The position numbers were made by a program, and so were the translations under genes. The notes below the pieces were generated by a model. It had not been told where the DNA came from. It saw nothing but the letters and a program-made list of their open reading frames with translations, and did no database searches. This document shows positions 35,892 to 47,482 of a DNA stretch of 64,000 nt, one piece after another; positions within the stretch are counted from its first letter, which is position 1, and each line of letters begins with the position of its first letter. Source of the stretch: Amoebophrya sp. A120. Lineage: Eukaryota > Protista > Dinoflagellata. Where the stretch lies: NCBI GenBank assembly GCA_905178155.1, contig CAJINV010000009.1, positions 3,218,768-3,282,767 on the forward strand, given 5' to 3'.

Positions 35892-38800
35892 ATGGGCGAC
35901 GACCAGCACAGCCACCATTTCGAGCACAAAGACAATCCCCCACGACCCGTGATTCCATCTGGCCGACGTAATTTTCACCCTCACGACCATCCAGATCAGG
36001 GTAGAACTACTAATGCCGCCGGCCGCGACTTAGCAGAGCCGGGCAATAATATTAGACGCTTCGAAAAGAACAATGCGCGCTTCGTCCAAGAAGAGCACGA
36101 TGTCCCAAGCTACCCTTTACCCGTCGCCCCAGTTCCCACACAAGCAACGTCGGCGTTGCATACTGCGACCACGTTCGACTTCGAGGCGAAAGTTTTTCAT
36201 GCACAGGGCGCAAATGGAAATGCACATGCAGGAGCGGGCGTGGGACAACAAGGAGAAGGTGTTCGAGATCATGAACAGGCTGCCTACGGGTGCCAAGGTG
36301 CACGGGAGGAGCAGGACGATCTGCCACAAGAACGGGGAAATGTTCTTGTGCCACACGACCCTCGCGGTCGTGAACAAAACGCGAGCTTCTCCTACGACGG
36401 CGTAGAGGTGAACACCACCTTGTCCGCTGGCAATCATGGAAGCTCCTACTATCAGGAGCAAAACGACGCCAGAAGGCCGGCGGCGACGAGTACGATTGAA
36501 GACGATGTGATAAGCAGGACAGGAGCGGCTGCCGCTGCGCGGCCCGGCCGCGGCCATGTTGATATCCGGCCGTCGACACGAGACGATTTTTCGTCGATGG
36601 CCTACAATCCGAACAGAGAGACCGAGAGTTGTTATTCCTCAGCCCCGAGGGTGAGAAATGTTGACCATGCAGGCCTCACTGACACTGATGCGTATAGTGA
36701 CAAGAAGCGCAACTACCCCCGCACAGGCAGAGGGCGGCTGGAAAACAGAGAAACCAGTTTCGAGAGCAATGCCGACTGCGAAAATGGCACAGCGGCAGCG
36801 CCGGCACCGCAAAAACGACATCAGCGAAATGCCGCCGAAAACGACGAGCATCAAGGACTCCAAGATTTTATCTACCAGGCAGACTTGCCAAAGGTGGCTG
36901 TTGTGGATACATCAAACGGTGACCGCGAGCAGGGAGTGGGTTTCACGATTGAGGACCCTGAATACAACCGAGAACAGCGAGGTGCGAAGCCAATGCTCCA
37001 CCAGAATCAGCAAGAAGCCCAAGGAGAGCCCGTTGCCCAAGACGGACACCAGAAAGAAGCGTATGGTCAGCATGGTCTTCAAACAAAGAGAAAAAATCCC
37101 CGCGACACTACTAGCTCTGGATTGAGGTGCAGCGACAAGGCCGAAACCCTCCGCGCCCCCGTCGTTCCGGACTCCACACCGATTGCACCCCGGCGCGCAG
37201 AAAAGATTGACACTTCTCCCTCGCCTAATGGCAAGCTCCACATGGGCAACGACCCCCGGGATCATGATTGTGGACCCAACGACAATCTCCCTGATGTGTG
37301 TCCTGGAGTAAATAAAGTGGCGAATCTTTCATCTCCGGGGCCTCTCCTTTCCAGCTCCGTGGCCAGCATCCCCGTCTACGGGCGCCACAACGCCCCTTTT
37401 CTCAACTCCCCAAGCGACCTGCCCGAGTATTTCAACGATGAGGACTGCCGGACTTCGTACCAGGAAAATGATTCGTTACTCTCCACGTTTGCCTTCATTC
37501 AGCGCAAAAACATCAACGTGACCGCCACCGCCCGCGTTGGCCCAGGCATGGTCATCTGCATGGGCGAAGAGGTGGTTGACAACCATCGCGTGGACTTCAA
37601 CAAGCCGACTTTATTGCTCGAAGTTGTGAAGCGGATCGGCAAGGGCGGATCCGCGGAAGTGTTTGAGTGCGTGGATTTGCGAACTTGTGTTGTAGACGGA
37701 GGCTCAAGTACGACGGCGTCGGGAAGTCGTGGCAACTACAGCTGCAATCGTGACGCGTCGCGAAGTGGTGGCATTGGAAGCAGCGGCAACGGTCGCGACA
37801 GGGAGATGAAAGCTTCTCAGCTATCCGCCACCCGGTACGCATTGAAGGTCGTCTACGCACGGGACGCACGGCAAATGCGTTCGTTTGCCATGGAGGTAAA
37901 CTGGCTGCGGGCTTTGCGGGACAAAAATCGTGCGACCGCAGGGGGGAATGGCAATGCTGGCCACAACGCAAACGAGCTGCGAGTAGTGAAGATGATCGGG
38001 GAAGCGAAATTTTTTCCGAAAGACCTGGTGATCCACATTTTGCTGGAATTCGCGGACTGTGGTATGGGAGGGAAGTGTTTGTGTTGGTTGGAAACTTGCA
38101 TAAGTTGTATGTATTTTTGTGATGCGGAATAAACGTGGATGAGATGCAGCAGTGCGGGAAGCTTATTTATGTCTTCCCATGTTGCGAGTGAAGCCGCAGC
38201 CGGATGGAATTTGCCATTTTCTTACCGCGCGACAAAATATCTGCAGTAGCAGTACATTAACTGGAACTTTCTGGTTCAGCAACTGAAGAACCTTTTTTCC
38301 CCTCCCATACCCAATCTTCATTCCTTCCTCCGGAAAAACTACGAAATTTTCTCCATTTACGACATTCGCAACCTCTGGCGCGACATGGTCGCCGGTGTCG
38401 CGGCGATTCACAGCCTCGGGTTGATCCACTTTGATCTCAAACCCGCGAATTTCCTCATCGTGGACAACATCGTGAAGGTCTCTGATTTCGGTCTCGCGAG
38501 AGGGATCAATAAAGACGAAGGAATCACCCACGTCTCCCGTGATCGGCAGTGCGGCACGCCGCGCTACATGCCGCCCGAGGCGTTCTACCAGCCGGATGAA
38601 GGGGCGGCGAGTTTGAAGATGCGACCGGCGGCCGATGTTTGGGCGTTGGGGATTATCCTCTACCAATTATTGTACGGTCGGGCACCGTACGAGCATTTAG
38701 AGGGGTGCGGGATGCGGGCGCAGTTCGCCGTGGCGGATTCCCGGGTCCGGATTCTGTACTCGAAATCTCGGCGGTGGGAGCAGCAAGACGCGGCGTTATT

Positions 38801-41800
38801 CGGCCATCTGGTGTCTCTGCTGCAGGTGACGCTGCGGTGGCGTTGGGAGCGGCGGTGGGACGCGCAGACGGTGCTGAAGTATTTGGAAATGGGAGATGAG
38901 CAGTACGATGCGAATGTTCAGCCATGCCAAGCGACCACCAAGAGAAAGAATCAAAAGCTGCTGAAAATGCCGAAAAACCTTGTCAATGAAGAAGACATAA
39001 AGGGAAAAACGACGAAATGGGAGGGCCATCGGCTGTCGGACATTTACGAAGAGGAATTTATCGAGCAGACGTCGCTACCGTTGTTGGCGAAACAAGAGAT
39101 GAACTACTCCTGCAACTCGACTTCTTTCGGTGCTACGGGTGCGGAGAAAGCCGAGCTATTGGCACGACGACAGGACGGACTTGGAAACCTGGATGATGGC
39201 GGCGGCGCTACGGGCCAAATCGAGAAGGAGGTGCTGGGGTCGGGTGGTGAAGAAAAGAAAATGAGAAGCGACAAAAATATGCGAGATTTCGCAAATGAAG
39301 TAGCAGAAGAACACGAGCCAGAGCTGGCATCGTCCTCGGAGGAAGAGCATGAGTTGGGTGAAAATGCTGAGAAAGGTGCGGCATTGATGTCGCCGCAGCA
39401 GCAGCAGGTCCAAGGCGCCGCTTCCGAAGATTTTGCTTTGGAAAACAACAAAACAGCATCGCTAACTTCTGCAACACAAACCTTCGACACCGGGCAGCGA
39501 AACACGACACCAAGTGTTGCACGTGACGAAAATGACGACCCGTCGCAAGAAGACAAATTTCATTCCATGACAGAGGATCCCTCTTCAGCATCGACATCTT
39601 CCGCATCATCTCCTTGCGCCGCTTTCCTGGCCTCATCGCTTTCAACCATCATCATCACCATCATCGCTGTTTGTCTCCTCGCGGGCGCTACTGGCTTGGC
39701 AGTCCATATGGGCAACGTGAGCGAGGGGAGCAAACAGAAAGCAGAGCTGGGATCTTCAGGGGACGGTGATGAGTATCCGTTTGGCGGCTTCGGCGGCGGG
39801 CATAAGCCGAACATTTTAGTCCCAACGAGAATCTTCAACGGGGATGGAGGTGGTGGTGAGGGTGGCGGCGGTGGGGGGTCACCCAGCGGGAACTCCAGCG
39901 GCCCACCAACAGGTCTAGGAAATGATGGTCAGAGCGGGAGTGCCGGACCCGGAACCACCGCTCCTTTGCAGCAACCGACCCCTCCTGCGAGTCCTTCATC
40001 GGGCTTGTTGAGCCGCTTCCCCCCGAGACCCGTTTCCGGAGCGGAGTTTCTGGCGCCGGCGACACCAAAACCTGCAGCGCCGACGGGTGGTGCGGCAGCG
40101 CCAAAACCAGCACCGGTCGCTTCCGTTTCTGCTGCACAGGTTGCAGCTTCTGCTTCCCCCAGCCCCGCAACAGTGCTTCCCGCTGCGACGTTGCCGGCTC
40201 AGCCGGCAGTTGCTGTTCAACCGAATGCGGCAATTCCATTAACTGCAACTTCTGACGCGGAGGCGCAAGAAGGTCAAGCAGAAGGAGCTGATGCTGATGC
40301 AGTACTGAGCGCCCCGTCTGCGTCATCATCTCCTCCGGAAAGTGACCGTGCAGAAGTCGCAAGTGCTCCAGCAACGCAAGAAACAACGATCAGCGACGAA
40401 AACCAGTCGGCGCAAGAACAGGCACCCCGAGGAAGCGAAGAAGCAATGGGGACTGAAACTAATGATCGTCAGGCGCAAGAAGAAGCACAAGCAGCCCAAC
40501 AGGAGGAACAGCAAGGCGAAGTACCGCGAACTGGAACGCAATCAGACGTTGGTAGTAGTATCGACCACTCTTCCTCCACTGGAGATATCGGTTTGGGAAC
40601 AAGTGCTGCAGCTTCAGCGGGGAATACCGGCAACAGCGATCCTGGTCATGCAACGTCGAATCCGAGTCACGACGGCGGTGTGGGACGTCAGCCACAAGCT
40701 GCATCAGGCACAAGAGACGTCGAGCGAGAACGGACGCCGGAACCAAATGGCGACGGTATTGAAACTCGTGGGTCTTCTACTTCCGGTGGTGCCTCAGATC
40801 TGAATTCACCAGGAAGAAGTTCTGGGACAGAACCGACTGGCGAAAACCAGCAACCGCAGCATTTTACAACAAGTACGGGAACCGGAACGGCAGACACCGA
40901 TCGGACAAATAAGACGACATTTGCGCAGGGCCACGGCACTCCAACTTCCGGAAGTACTGCTTCCGGTGGAGGCAGCGCCTCTTCAACTTTCTTTTCCACC
41001 GAAGCAGGAAGAAACGACGGCACAAATCATGATTTACGGTGTGCGGACGCACTGCCCGCAGGCGAAACTCTGCCTATGGGTGCTGCCGCTGGAAGCGGAT
41101 CAATAGATACTGGCGAATCTCATGCTCCCCCGGTGGCTGTGGGAGATGCAGCCAGCGGCTGTCCCCCGGGAGGGCGAGAAGATGCAGAGGCTTTGCGGAC
41201 GTCTGCTGATCCTAGTTGCCCGCTCCGCCCGAGGTCGCGCTCGCCGCCCGGAAGTGTCCGTAGTGGGGGTAGTTCGGACGCTGGATCGAGCGGTCGGTCC
41301 GCTCGCGGAGGGGGACGGAGGGGGCGATCTAGCTCGGCTGGTTCTACTAGTTCGAAATCATCTGAAGACAGCGATTCAGACTCAGAATCCGATTCCGACA
41401 GCACGGAAAGGCGACCAACAGGCCCAGGAGGTGGTTCGCCGCCGCCGACTCCGAGGCCCGGCGGGAGTTCGTCCAGCACTGCAGTATGGCGGCCGAGAGG
41501 CAAAGCAGCTGCAGCAGAGCCACTTGTCCCGGAGGTGGCCCCAGAACCAGTTTCAGAGGCAGACCTCGCAGCACTGAAAACCAGGCAGGAGGAGGGGCAA
41601 AGCTGCGAAAGCCTGTTTTTGAAGGTTTTGGCTGAGTTTTTGGCTGAAGAACTACAGATGGGCGGCAAAAAGCCAAAGGATTTCTGGAACCCAGAAATAG
41701 ATGACGGTCGGGACTACCTGCAAGAAGCAAGAGATCAATTCGCAGCAGCCGGCGGACACCTAGGGCAGACAACTGCACTTGATCCGGACATTTGGACGGT

Positions 41801-44800
41801 ACTTATTCTTGGTCTCTTATCCTTTTATTTTTTTTTGTAATTTTTGTTCATTTTGTTTTGTCACCGGTTTACAAAAAAAAGGACAATGCAGTGAAAGTCG
41901 ACAAAGCAAGCAAGACGGCTCGTATTGATCCCCAGCTATGTTTCTTTGTAGTCGATGCTCCATCAACTTCGGAGCGGGCATTTTTTGGTGTCATAGTACT
42001 TGGAGATCATGTTTATTTCGCTTGGCTTCCTAGACACACTTCCTTTCCTTTGCACTTCCAGGTTGCAACGATTATGACCATGATGCCACACTGTTATGGA
42101 AATTTTCGTGCCTTCGATTTGCGAGCCATGAATAGTTGGCCATGGTTGGAGATTGATGTTTACGAAACAAACCGGTTGCAGACGACCCAGTGCCTGCCTG
42201 CAGAAGACGAGCCCTTTTTCAAACACGTGTTAAACTTTTTTCACGAACGAATTCCAAGCACCACGAACTCTGCGTCCACATCTCTCGTAGTCTGGGAACA
42301 CCCTTTGATTTTGGTTCCGGAGCGTCTTGAACCGGACGGGCGAGGCGGGTGGACTCCCATTTCTGCCAACGTCTCCGAGTCTGGTCGTGTGATTCATGAG
42401 GAGCGCTGCCGCATCGGAATGGCTACGGAATATCTTTTCCAAGCTCAAAATTGCGTTCACGAATTTGGACCCACGAATTTTGACGACCTACCATATGGTA
42501 CTTGTGATCATCTCGCATTTCACTCAAACATGGTTCTGTTTCACATTCATTGATGATATGGTGTATATCCAGCGAGGAAAAGTTACGTGGCATTTAACAT
42601 CCTCAGGTTATTGCCTTGATACGGGTCCTCGAGAGAAACTGAATCTAGATGAGAAGCCTGAACACTGGCCAGAGAAGGCGATTGCCGAAGAGCAGACGCG
42701 GCACAGCAAAGGCAGCACTGAACCTTTGGTGCACCCGAAGTGGCACGAGACGTTTCGCGCAGAGTTTTATCGGCGGGCATCCTTTTGGAGACGTGGATCG
42801 ACAGGATCGGGGGCAAAGTGGAGCTACATACATTTTCGGTGGAATTGGATCAAGGCTCGATTAAAGTCTCACCGGGATCAAAATAACAACAGACTAGATT
42901 GGAAATTTGCTACCGATGTCGGTGAGTCGTTTGTCTACAAGGCGGACTCCTTCTGTCCAACAGATGAATCAGTGCGGGCGGAGTTTGCATCCCTTCAACA
43001 AAAAATTCCCTTTGCCCGGTTAGAAAATGCAAGTAATCCAGCAGCGCACGAAACGACCACCAGGGACGAAAACCAATCGGCACAGCCAGCGCCTGAAGGC
43101 AGCGAACAAGAGGAAACCACGCAGACTGGCGCGACTCGTCAGGCGCAAGAGCACCAAGGTTCCCTCGATCTCACCAAGGTCCCCTTGAGTCCACCTGCGA
43201 CCTCACCGAGGCCGGCCCACTCGGCCACCCCCGAAAGACGAGGAGGTACCGGACCAGGTGGGCCGACAGATGTTGGAGCTGGTACTGCGGAACCGAGTGG
43301 CGGAAACCAAGTGCAGCCTGGCGCAGCACAAAATGCGGGCAGTGGCGCAAAAGCGGTATTTGAGGGGAACAGCATTCCAGCTTCCGGGAGTGCCGCAGCT
43401 TCCGGAGGAGGCAGTTTCAGCTCTTCCTCGTCCATTTTCGCTCTTCCTGGAACAGCAATTGACAGTAGAAGTCCAGCATTACGCCCTCCGCCAACGAGGC
43501 TAGCCGAGTTGAAGGTGGCGTCGCTGGATGAGCGGCAAACGGAGACGGTGAGTTGCGAGAACCTGTTTGTGGAATTTCTGGAGGAGCAGCTGGCGAAGAT
43601 TCCAGGCATGGAGGGGTTGATATGAATGGGAAAATAAGTGTAACTCCCTCTCTGGTCGTGTACCTCTTGTCCTTGAAAGATATTGCAAAATTATGTGTTG
43701 ATCAACGATTTCGATGCTGCTTATACGAAAGGCATGAGAGATCTTGTAGAGTGTGCTCAAGCTAGCCCAAAACAGCAGGATCTCGTACTAGCAATTTGAT
43801 CATCACGCCGTGCGGTTGTGCGCTGCAACCACGATTCGAATGCGCCCCCCCCGCAGGGCGAGAGGTAGACGCAAGTCAGGGTGGATGTCTTGAACTTGAT
43901 ATCGGAAACCAAAGGATTTCTGGAACGCGGATGTTGACCACGGCCGGGACTATTTGCAAGAGACAAACGCATTCTTCCAAGAATATGAAGGACCTAGTGA
44001 TGTGGTAGAGTCCGATTCTGAGGACGAAGAGGACGAGCCAGAAACCACTCAGGGCGGGAGTTTGGTACTTGGTGGAGTAGACCTCCGTGAATATCTTGTC
44101 CCGAAGCACGACTCGTTTCCACGGGATAGATGGACGGTAATTTGTCTTCGTAACTTTTTGGTTGTTGTTCATTCGCTCTGGGATTGGGAGTTTTGATTAT
44201 GCTGCATTTGATTTTGGAAAAGAGTGGCAACCTACCTCCGTTCATCACGACAGGTTCGAACGATCTTGGCTATGATGCCGTTCTGTCACGTGGACATCGG
44301 GGCGAAACCACTGAAAGATCTCGTGCAGCGGTACGACTACAGTTACTGGCCCAGCGCCGAGTACATAATTTACAGCCCCGCGCGACTGGAAACCGGGTGC
44401 GCGTTGCAGGACAAAGACTTCTTCGCTGAAGTTTGGGATTTTCTGCACGAACGCGTCACGCACCCTCCCTCCGCAACACCAGGAGCTCCTCCGGAGAGCG
44501 ACTCGGATCTGAACCGAAGTGTAATTGTCTGGGACGACCCCTCGACTTTTGCTTCTTCTTCCAAAGATGGCACGGTTCGTACCGCCGCCAGCTCGTCGGC
44601 CTCAAGCGCGGGGTATGAGGCTGCAGATGCGCACGGGACGATGCCTCTCGCATTGCGAGAGCAGCGCTGCCGAATCGCAATGACGACGGAGTTTCTTTTT
44701 CAAGCTACGGGCGAGGTGCGATTTGCGCGCGCATGGAGATTCTCAACCTTCTATGGTACTCACATACTTCGTTCAACGTACAAGTATGCGACCTTTTGTC

Positions 44801-45404
44801 GAGTCTGAAGCGGTTTTTTGAAAATTTCATTTCGACCGGAGCGACCGACTCCGCTTCCCTTCGCGCACCCGATGCTAGTTCAGGCTTTTCAATTTTGACA
44901 TACCCAAAATTGGTGTCATAGCATGATTCTGACCGATATAACCAACTCACGCCAGGTTACTGCTTGAACACCACAAAAAAGAAAGACTTGCAGCAGAAAT
45001 GGCATCCTGCAAAGCGACACCAGTGGCCTGAGGAGATAGAGTCTCGCCAGCCAGATCTGTCCCCGGATTCCTCGCCCGTCCCGATGACCTGGCACACCGA
45101 CTTCCAGCGCGAATTTCGCAAGCGCGCCAGATTTTGGCGTGAAAATTCGACCGGACGCGGGCCCGTTTGGAGTTATCGCCATTTTCGTTGGATCTGGCTA
45201 AAAGCACGGCGGATGAAAATACGCTTCCGCACGAATGCTACCGAACTGAAGTTTAACCATATTCTCGCTGAAACGCCTGACGTAGTTGACATCTACACGC
45301 ACTTTGATCCGAAGAGTGTCTTTGACCAGTTTCGTCCAATATACTGGCTGGACAAGGAAAAAGGTCAACAGTCGCGCCCGAGCATACAACCTGACATTCC
45401 GTAA
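35892..45404 (+). CDS. Mps1/TTK-like protein kinase with TM helix, S/T/P/A-rich stalk and two copies of an unrecognised Cys/Trp-rich domain (copy A)
   Basis: Kinase motifs IGKGGSAEVF, YALKVV, IHFDLKPANFLIVD, SDFGLA, CGTPRYMPPEA and ADVWALGIILYQLLYG. TM segment IIITIIAVCLLAGATGLAV at ~39648-39704. Introns at ~38063-38314, 41799-42061, 42498-42606, ~43621-43906, 44137-44253 and 44756-44955. Confidence 0.8.
38063..38309. mobile_element. Old introner-like intron in the kinase hinge of copy A (equivalent at 55247-55469 in copy B)
   Basis: TATGGGAGGGAA ... TTCCCCTCCCATA. The 5-nt register joins LLEFADC to (N)LHSFLRK. Confidence 0.65.
43621..43901. mobile_element. Degenerate introner-like intron
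   Basis: TAT...ATA ends; flanks GTTGA and TCGGA. Removal gives GL|KPKDFWN as in the paralogs. Confidence 0.55.
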
Positions 45405-47482
45405 ACACCGAAACTGGCGATGCAGTCGCCATCGAGAGGGCCGTCAGCTGCAAGATGACTGGCATATACGCCGGAGTCGCACACGTTTCCTTCACGGTTT
45501 GACCTACCAGCGTCACATGATGAATGCCTTGGTCGAAAAAATGATTCCAGCAAAACGACATGGGCTTTTCTCTCGCGTGACTCTGCTTAACCTTAAAGTA
45601 TTGAGACATGGAAAATGTAGCAGCGAAGGCCAGTGCTGTTCTACTCTTTGTCGCGACGCTGCTCCTAACTGTGACTGTCCAGAGTGTGCGTGTTGCGTTT
45701 CTTAGTGACGCACGAGAGTACTGTATTTATTGCGGCGAAGAAGTTGTAGATCTAGATCTGAATCAATCTGATTCTGAAGGAATTTCTGCTAAGAGGCATT
45801 ATTTGCCGGCTTGAGAACAAGTTGAAATGGAGCGCGGAAGTAGGCACTGCTTTGCTCCTAACTTTGTATATCTTGGAACCGTTGGTACGCTCAGAAGATC
45901 AGCTGTTAAAAGATCACAAGCGACAGCTGTAGCTGGATCATACACGGTCAGATAAGATGCGCTATGTATTGCGAACCATTTTCAAACAGTAAAGACCCTC
46001 ATACGATAAAGATTTCGAAAGACGCTGTACTGCCGCTCCTGAATATGCTATAGATAAAAAAAGAACGAAGTAATGTCGTTCGACACCGAAAGACAAAGAT
46101 CCACGAAGGAGGACCGATCATGGAAAGCGGCTGTACAAAACATGAACGTGAGGCGAGCAGGATACGAGCATCCAAAATGAAGCAAAAAGGGGTTCGAGCC
46201 TCAATCGTATGTAGAAGTAGTAGGTCACGAGCGTTCTAGTCTGGCGGATTTTACGACACCCCCCGCGCAAAACGAGCTGCAGCCCGCGAAAGTGTTTTTC
46301 AAAATAAAAAGAAGCCCCTTGGACTCCAAGAAATATGGACGCCAAAAAAATGGCAATGGGAAAGGGGTACCGAGCCCGCATGGTGTGGGCGTCATTTTTT
46401 TCCAACTTTTGAAAGCGAAAAAGTGGCCACCAAGATAAGCCATTTGGAGATCGGAGAGCCGGCCAGAAGTCGCGCTCCTTTGCCGAAAAAAACAAAAGAA
46501 ACAAAGACCGCTCAAAAGCGAAAGTCAGCCCGCGCGCTATTGGCCCGATCTTGGACGCCGAATGGGCGGGTCCCGGCGCGGACCCGGGTGGGAACATGAC
46601 ATGGGAGGGAGGCTTCCTGTTTTGAATGCCAAAAGCTGCGCCTCCCGCCAAAGACTGAACGCATTGCGCCTCCCGGTTGGGGGCCTCCAATAGGCAACCC
46701 CGGGTAAGGGCCCAGGCGGGGCCACAGCATGTGAGGAAGGTTTTGCCTTTTGAGCGGCAGGAGGGTGCCGCCTTTCGCCAAACATTGAGAGCCAGCCCGC
46801 ATGCTATTGGCCCAGTTTGGGGCGTCTACGGGGCAAGCCCTGGCGCGAGCCATGGGCGGCCCATGGCTTGCAGGGCAGGTTCGCGCTTTTGAAAGCAGTG
46901 GGGCCACGACTTTCGCCCAGCCAAAAATAAAAACCAGTGTGTCCTCATTACCTCCGTCGCAGCGGCTATATTTTAGGTGGATATGAGCAAGACCAGGGAG
47001 GGCTAGATCAAGATAGATGACGGTTGGATCCGTTTCGACATTTGCAAGAAAGAACCTGAAAGCCGTAGGATTCCTTATTGTATTCTCTATTTGATTTTTT
47101 TCGCAGGCAGCACGTGGCACGCATGACGGTCTAGATATTGTGTGATATATTTTTTACGAAACATTATTTACGGTGAATGGTAGGTTCTGCTTATAAGATT
47201 TCCCATAAGATTTTTCGTAAAAAAATAGCTTCTGATACGCGTGTGGCAGATGCAGTTGCTCTACAGCCTTCTTCTTTGCTTTCGACAGATTTCTCCGTGA
47301 CTCCTTTTAGCAATTTTTTGCGCCACGAAAGCACCAATATTTTTGTATGATTTGATATTAGCGCCAGCGCGTTCGGGATATGTTTTTGTATAATGTTGTT
47401 GAACTTCAATACATAGAAGTGCCCCTACTTACAGCGGATAATACTGCAAAATAATACTACTGTACTGGTTCACTTGCTTACG

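Larger units (their letters stand above)
32546..43016 (+). repeat. Segmental duplication, copy 1 (~10.5 kb)
   Basis: Colinear and highly similar to 49709-60199. Confidence 0.9.
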
